From an uncultured Candidatus Rokubacteria bacterium (lineage in GTDB: Bacteria; Methylomirabilota; Methylomirabilia; Rokubacteriales; CSP1-6), in the NCBI GenBank assembly GCA_963754315.1, contig CAVWFS010000019.1, forward strand, positions 800,001-864,000: a stretch of DNA of 64,000 nt, read 5' to 3'. The notes under the pieces are model-generated. The model was not told the origin of the DNA. It did no database searches and saw only the letters and a list, made by a program, of their open reading frames with translations. Position numbers and translations under genes: made by a program. Positions 59,561-64,000 of this stretch are shown here, piece after piece; position 1 is the first letter of the stretch; each line of letters begins with the position of its first letter.

Positions 59561-60430
59561 ATGAGGGTAGGAAGACTGATGCGGCTTTGGGCGGCAGTGG
59601 TGATGGCACTCGTCCTCTCGCCTTCGCCAGGGCCGGTGTCAGGCCAGGATGAAGTGCCGTATCGCATCGGACCGGACGATGTGCTTGTGGTTTCCGTCTG
59701 GGACAATAAGGATCTCGACCAGGAGGTATTCGTCCGGCCCGACGGCAAGGTCTCACTGCCCCTCGCGGGAGAAATCCAGGCCGGAGGCCTGACGGTCGCC
59801 GAACTCACCAGCAAACTTGCCGAGATCTACGGCAATTACGTCCAAGGAGCGCGGGTGACGGTCGGAGTCCGGGAGATCCGGAGCCGTCCCATCTTCTTCG
59901 TGGGAGGCGTCGGGCGGGCAGGAGTCGGACCGGGCGGTCCCGCCACCGCCGCCGGCGCGGGGACTATGCAGCTCACTCAAGGGTTGCGGTTGCTTCAGGC
60001 AATCTCCCTGGCCGGTGGGCTGGTGCCTGGCGCGGATTTGGAGTCGTCGTTCGTGCTCCGCGGCGACAAACGCATCCCTGTCGATTTCGTCAAGCTCATC
60101 CAGAGGGGTGATCTGTCGCAGAACATTCGGCTCGAGCCCGGAGATACCATCGTGGTCCCGGTGGCGGACGGGGTGTTCGTGCAAGGTGAGGTGAGGACTC
60201 CGGGAATCGTCAGGTTTTCTAGGGATCTCACTATTGTGAGGGCCATCGCGCAGGCAGGGGGGTTCACACCGTTGGCGGCACCATCGAGGGTGACCGTGCT
60301 GAGAAATGAGGGTGGGAAGCGGGAAAATATCAAAGTCGATGTCGCCGACCTCATCGACCGACCGCACGTCAAGGAAGACGTGCCGCTGAGGCCGAACGAT
60401 ATCGTCATTGTTCCTCAGAGGCTCTTCTAG
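59561..60430 (+). CDS. Polysaccharide biosynthesis/export protein (Wza-like, SLBB domains)
   Basis: YRIGPDDVL, VRPDGKVSLPLAGEI, GEVRTPG, AIAQAGG, LRPNDIVIVP. Confidence 0.9.
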   Translation: MRVGRLMRLWAAVVMALVLSPSPGPVSGQDEVPYRIGPDDVLVVSVWDNKDLDQEVFVRPDGKVSLPLAGEIQAGGLTVAELTSKLAEIYGNYVQGARVTVGVREIRSRPIFFVGGVGRAGVGPGGPATAAGAGTMQLTQGLRLLQAISLAGGLVPGADLESSFVLRGDKRIPVDFVKLIQRGDLSQNIRLEPGDTIVVPVADGVFVQGEVRTPGIVRFSRDLTIVRAIAQAGGFTPLAAPSRVTVLRNEGGKRENIKVDVADLIDRPHVKEDVPLRPNDIVIVPQRLF

Positions 60431-62225
60431 ACATTGTCGCCCCGCCGCGGGGGGACGAGTCCTTCCGGCCTTGATCCTGACGGTATTGCTTGCTCCGGCA
60501 AGCGGGTTTTCGCAGCAGCCACCGATCATGTCCCAGACGCAGGTCGCGCCTCCGGCTCCCGGTCTGCCCGAATCACCAAGGTTTCTCCCCGAGCCTGGAG
60601 TGTTCCAGCCCTCGAGTCCGCCGTCCAGCGCGCCACAAAGGCCACCCGGGTTCCTCGAATCACCTAATTTCCTGCCCGCGCCAGGGCATCCACAACCGCC
60701 AGCGCCAGTGCCGGATCCGGCCGTACCTCAAACACCGACACAACTCGCCCCAGGCGTTCCCCAGATTGCTCCGGGACTGCCACTGCCGTCTTCGGGCGGG
60801 GTTCCCGGCTTCCCCGCCGCCCCGGGTTTTCAAGCGCCCGGACTGCCCGGATCGACGCTCAGCCCGGCGACTCCGACCTCCCCTACCCTGACGTTGCCGA
60901 ACACACCCACCGCACCTCTAATTCCCTACGGACCGATCGGCCCGCGCCTCGGACCGGCAGATTCGCTGGCGACCCCTCCGCTGCCGCCGCTGCCCACGGT
61001 TCCCTCGGTCGCCCCTCTTTCGTTGCCGTACGGGGCTCTCGACGTGCCAGCGCGGGCCCGATTCACCCTGCTGCCAACACTAAGCCTCTTCGAGGAGTAC
61101 TCGGACAACTTCAACCAGACCACGACGAACAAGCAGTCGAACTTTCGATCGGGAATCGCCCCCGGCCTAGCGGTCTTGTTCAGCGAGGGGCCGACGCAGG
61201 GCCTCGCCGGTATCACGTTGGCGGGTACCTACGACACCTCCGACGATGAATTCAGCCTGTTCCCCGCACTCTCAGCTCAGGTGAGTTGGCGGGCAACACC
61301 GCGTCTCATACTGACAGTGGCCAACAGCTTCACCGTGAGCGATCAGGCGACTCAAGCCGATACGTTGGGCCTGCGGACAGGGCGCGACCAGTATACGAGC
61401 AATCTCTTAGCAGTCACCGCCGATTACTTCTTCCCCACTGTCGCCATGCGCGGGTACTACCGGCTGGGAACCTTCTCGGGAATCGGCGGCAGTACCACCA
61501 ACGCGGTTGGGCTAGGCGCAACCACGGCCTACGCGACAAACGTCTTGAGCGTCGGCTACGAATACCTCAACAGCCGGAGCAGCGACGACCCCTCCCAGGA
61601 CATCGATTCACAACTGGTCGTCGCTTCAGTGGGTCGACCGCTGAGTGCCCTGCTCTTTGCCGGCGTGGCTGCCTCCTACATCTACACCACCGAGAGCGAA
61701 AGCCAGGGGGGGAACTTCCAGATCGCGACCGTCGAGGTGTTCGGCCGTTACGTGATCCAGGGAAGGTGGCTGCTGAACGGCAGCATCGGGGTGAGCCAAC
61801 TCTTCGCTGAGTCTGAGCCGAATAGAACCGTCCCGGCCGGATCTGGCAATCTCTCGTACTTCTTCCCGGATGGGGTGGCGACTATCGGCTTCAGCACGGG
61901 CTTCGCGAATACCTTCGCCTACGGCCAGAACTTCGGAGTCATCTACACGTCGGGCGTCACCGGCGCCGTGTCCTACCGTTTCACGCCGCTGATCTCCGGG
62001 TTCGCGGGTGCCTACTACCGAATCAATATTCCCGCCGACGTCGGCGGCGGTCTCGATAGCATCAACAGAGACGTCCGCGGAGCGTCGATAGGCTTAGGAG
62101 TTCAGCTCCGTCCCTGGCTCAATCTTAATCTTGGTTACTCCTATATCGATCAGAGCAACCCGACCGGCGGGGCCCAACCCTTTACGGAGAATCGCGGTTT
62201 CATCTCCTTCAATGCAGCGTTCTAA
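60408..62225 (+). CDS. Outer-membrane beta-barrel (EPS-locus associated) with long Pro-rich N-terminal region; start uncertain
   Basis: Signal-like VLPALILTVLLAPASG, long Pro-rich tract, PTLSLFEEYSDN, amphipathic strands, terminal Phe. Confidence 0.75.
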   Translation: MFLRGSSRHCRPAAGGRVLPALILTVLLAPASGFSQQPPIMSQTQVAPPAPGLPESPRFLPEPGVFQPSSPPSSAPQRPPGFLESPNFLPAPGHPQPPAPVPDPAVPQTPTQLAPGVPQIAPGLPLPSSGGVPGFPAAPGFQAPGLPGSTLSPATPTSPTLTLPNTPTAPLIPYGPIGPRLGPADSLATPPLPPLPTVPSVAPLSLPYGALDVPARARFTLLPTLSLFEEYSDNFNQTTTNKQSNFRSGIAPGLAVLFSEGPTQGLAGITLAGTYDTSDDEFSLFPALSAQVSWRATPRLILTVANSFTVSDQATQADTLGLRTGRDQYTSNLLAVTADYFFPTVAMRGYYRLGTFSGIGGSTTNAVGLGATTAYATNVLSVGYEYLNSRSSDDPSQDIDSQLVVASVGRPLSALLFAGVAASYIYTTESESQGGNFQIATVEVFGRYVIQGRWLLNGSIGVSQLFAESEPNRTVPAGSGNLSYFFPDGVATIGFSTGFANTFAYGQNFGVIYTSGVTGAVSYRFTPLISGFAGAYYRINIPADVGGGLDSINRDVRGASIGLGVQLRPWLNLNLGYSYIDQSNPTGGAQPFTENRGFISFNAAF

Positions 62226-62262
62226 GCAGCATCGCTCCGATGCCGGCGGTCTCTATGCGCAC

Positions 62263-63750
62263 TCAAGGCGAGAAAGTCAGCTCAGCGACGCTCAGGGCAA
62301 CGATGTCGCCGAGATCGACGGCATTGTCGTTCAGGCTCCCCGGGCGGATCAGCGCCGAGAACACGCGGTAGACACCGCTGGCGATGACCCCAGCCGGGGG
62401 GAAAATGTACTGAAAAAAGCTCGAGGCATCGAGCTGGAAGCCAGGGGGGACGACCTGCATCGGCGACAGAGAGGTTGGCGCCGACAGCGATCCCGTCCGC
62501 TCGAGGACGCCGTGGCCAGAGAACAGGACCAGCGTCTTTCGGTCAGGGAGCAGGGCACCGACGTAGAGGTCCAGGGCCGAGCTGGCGTCCGGATTGTGTA
62601 CCGACAATCCGAGGCTTAGCGTCTGCCCTGAGCCGAACCGAGTTCCATTGAGCCAGACTCGCGTGTTGGCAAGTAGGGCGGCGCTCGGTCGCAACACATA
62701 GGCGTCCTCGTCGACGTCCGTCACCGTCACCAACAGACCAAAACCGGGCACATGGCCCAATCGACCGAACATACCATTCGGCGACGCGGCCCCGGGGCCG
62801 CCGGAAACCGTTGCCGACGACCACGAACGAGTCTCTGTGTCGAGGAAGTAAACGATGTCCCCGCCGCTCCAGACTATCATCCGATCGGTATCCGGGTCGT
62901 AGGCGAGGCCTGGCGACGTGTTGTTCGCGAGCAGAGGCGTGCCCGGCCACTTCTCGCGAATGAACGAGCTCCCTGGCCCGATGTCGTAGACTGACACGCC
63001 TCCGTTGTTGTCGTCTGGTCCTCCGATGATGACGAGCTTGCTCCTCACCGGATCCACGGCACTCGTCATGTGGTAGTCAATGAAATTGTCACTGGCCAGC
63101 CGATCGTAACTGTTGGTTTCGAAGGTGTACGCGTAGAGATCCCGAGAGTCATGCAGATATACTTTCTTCGAGTTCGGGTCGTATGCGGCCACCACTCCGG
63201 CGTCGGGACCTGGTTGTGGACCCGACGGATCCATCCGCTGCCAGATAAGGGACGGGAAGTGGAACGTCCACGTGACACGACTGAAGTGCCCCGGGCCACA
63301 GGCGAGGCTTCCACCGTACACGAAGAGCCGGTCGGCATGGGCAATGTAGGCCATGCCACCGTAGCTGTGCCGGGAATTGGGCCGCCCGTCCGCCAGCGTC
63401 TCCTGGCAGTCGCGAGTACCAATCGGTAAATTAGGCGGGCTCGGGTCGGTCAAGCGCTGGATCGTCCGCGTGGCCAGATCCAGTGCGTACAGCTCGTTTC
63501 CTGCGTAGTCGTTATGGCCGCCGCCCCACATGATAAGGCGGTCTCGAGTCGAGTCCACCACCCCACCGTTCCAAGCTAGGATCACGTTCTTGCAGCGCCC
63601 AGCAAAGTCGTAGTCCGGTGTGGACGGCGGGCACACCGCTCGCATCTTCGTGTTGGGAATGGCTGTCCAGCCGGAAGGAAAATCCTGCGCGTTGGCCCGC
63701 GATGCTTGCGGGGGAAGCAACCAGGGCACCAGGAGCATCACGGTGGCCAT
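62263..63750 (-). CDS. Secreted Kelch/galactose-oxidase-like beta-propeller protein
   Basis: Signal peptide, AWNGG, WGGGHNDYAGNELY, PNSRHSYGG, repeated YDP/W blades, separate C-terminal beta-domain. Confidence 0.75.
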   Translation of the reverse strand: MATVMLLVPWLLPPQASRANAQDFPSGWTAIPNTKMRAVCPPSTPDYDFAGRCKNVILAWNGGVVDSTRDRLIMWGGGHNDYAGNELYALDLATRTIQRLTDPSPPNLPIGTRDCQETLADGRPNSRHSYGGMAYIAHADRLFVYGGSLACGPGHFSRVTWTFHFPSLIWQRMDPSGPQPGPDAGVVAAYDPNSKKVYLHDSRDLYAYTFETNSYDRLASDNFIDYHMTSAVDPVRSKLVIIGGPDDNNGGVSVYDIGPGSSFIREKWPGTPLLANNTSPGLAYDPDTDRMIVWSGGDIVYFLDTETRSWSSATVSGGPGAASPNGMFGRLGHVPGFGLLVTVTDVDEDAYVLRPSAALLANTRVWLNGTRFGSGQTLSLGLSVHNPDASSALDLYVGALLPDRKTLVLFSGHGVLERTGSLSAPTSLSPMQVVPPGFQLDASSFFQYIFPPAGVIASGVYRVFSALIRPGSLNDNAVDLGDIVALSVAELTFSP

Positions 63751-63806
63751 CAGCAGATACCGAATCAAGTGAGCGTCCCTCCACTTGTGTCGTGGACACC
63801 AGGGAT

Positions 63807-64000
63807 CGTGTCCCCAGCAGTGGTGCACGAGCGGTGATTCGCGGAGGGCAGGTGCCCCTTCAGTTCAGCACGGCCGACAGCCACACGGACTGATTGTCGC
63901 TGAGCGCGTGCAGCCCTTCAAGCTGCATATATTGCCGCTGCAGCTGCCACTCGTCGTTCGGCTCGAGCAGCGGCCCCCACCAGCCGGATGATCGCCGCCT
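63807..64000 (-). mobile_element. IS256-family element: transposase C-terminus (degenerate) and putative right end, cut by window edge
   Basis: AAIIRLVG..LLEPNDEWQLQRQYMQLEG (stop 63860), followed by TGCACCACTGCTGGGGACAC resembling IS256-type ends. Confidence 0.75.

Overview
A 64-kb, high-GC bacterial chromosomal window. The gene mix (many LLM oxidoreductases, tripartite-transporter remnant, hpnR, diderm-type EPS export) resembles Candidatus Rokubacteria/Methylomirabilota; this is inference only. 1-43.6 kb is mostly accessory metabolism: malQ, adenine/adenosine deaminase, an ATPase-less sugar-type ABC transporter divergent from an orphan CoxL-like molybdoenzyme, copper amine oxidase cluster, pgm, a four-subunit 2-oxoacid:ferredoxin oxidoreductase with a CoA ligase, three LLMs, three TA-like pairs and an NYN protein. 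43.6-47.7 kb is the core tRNA-Leu-tig-clpP-clpX-rsmI block. 47.8-51.8 kb is a lipoprotein / papain-like protein / hpnR unit. 52-64 kb is a sigma54-controlled exopolysaccharide/PEP-CTERM-like locus scarred by IS21 and IS256 relics. About ten genes carry single-base indels, most likely sequencing errors. The most unusual non-coding signal is a family of structured G-run/C-run repeats. It forms 86-bp and 82-bp tandem arrays, brackets an esterase gene as an inverted pair, and in three places ends exactly 9 nt before the AGGA of a ribosome-binding site. Also notable: a candidate three-way-junction RNA downstream of the NYN gene and a deletion scar fusing tctC to tctA.
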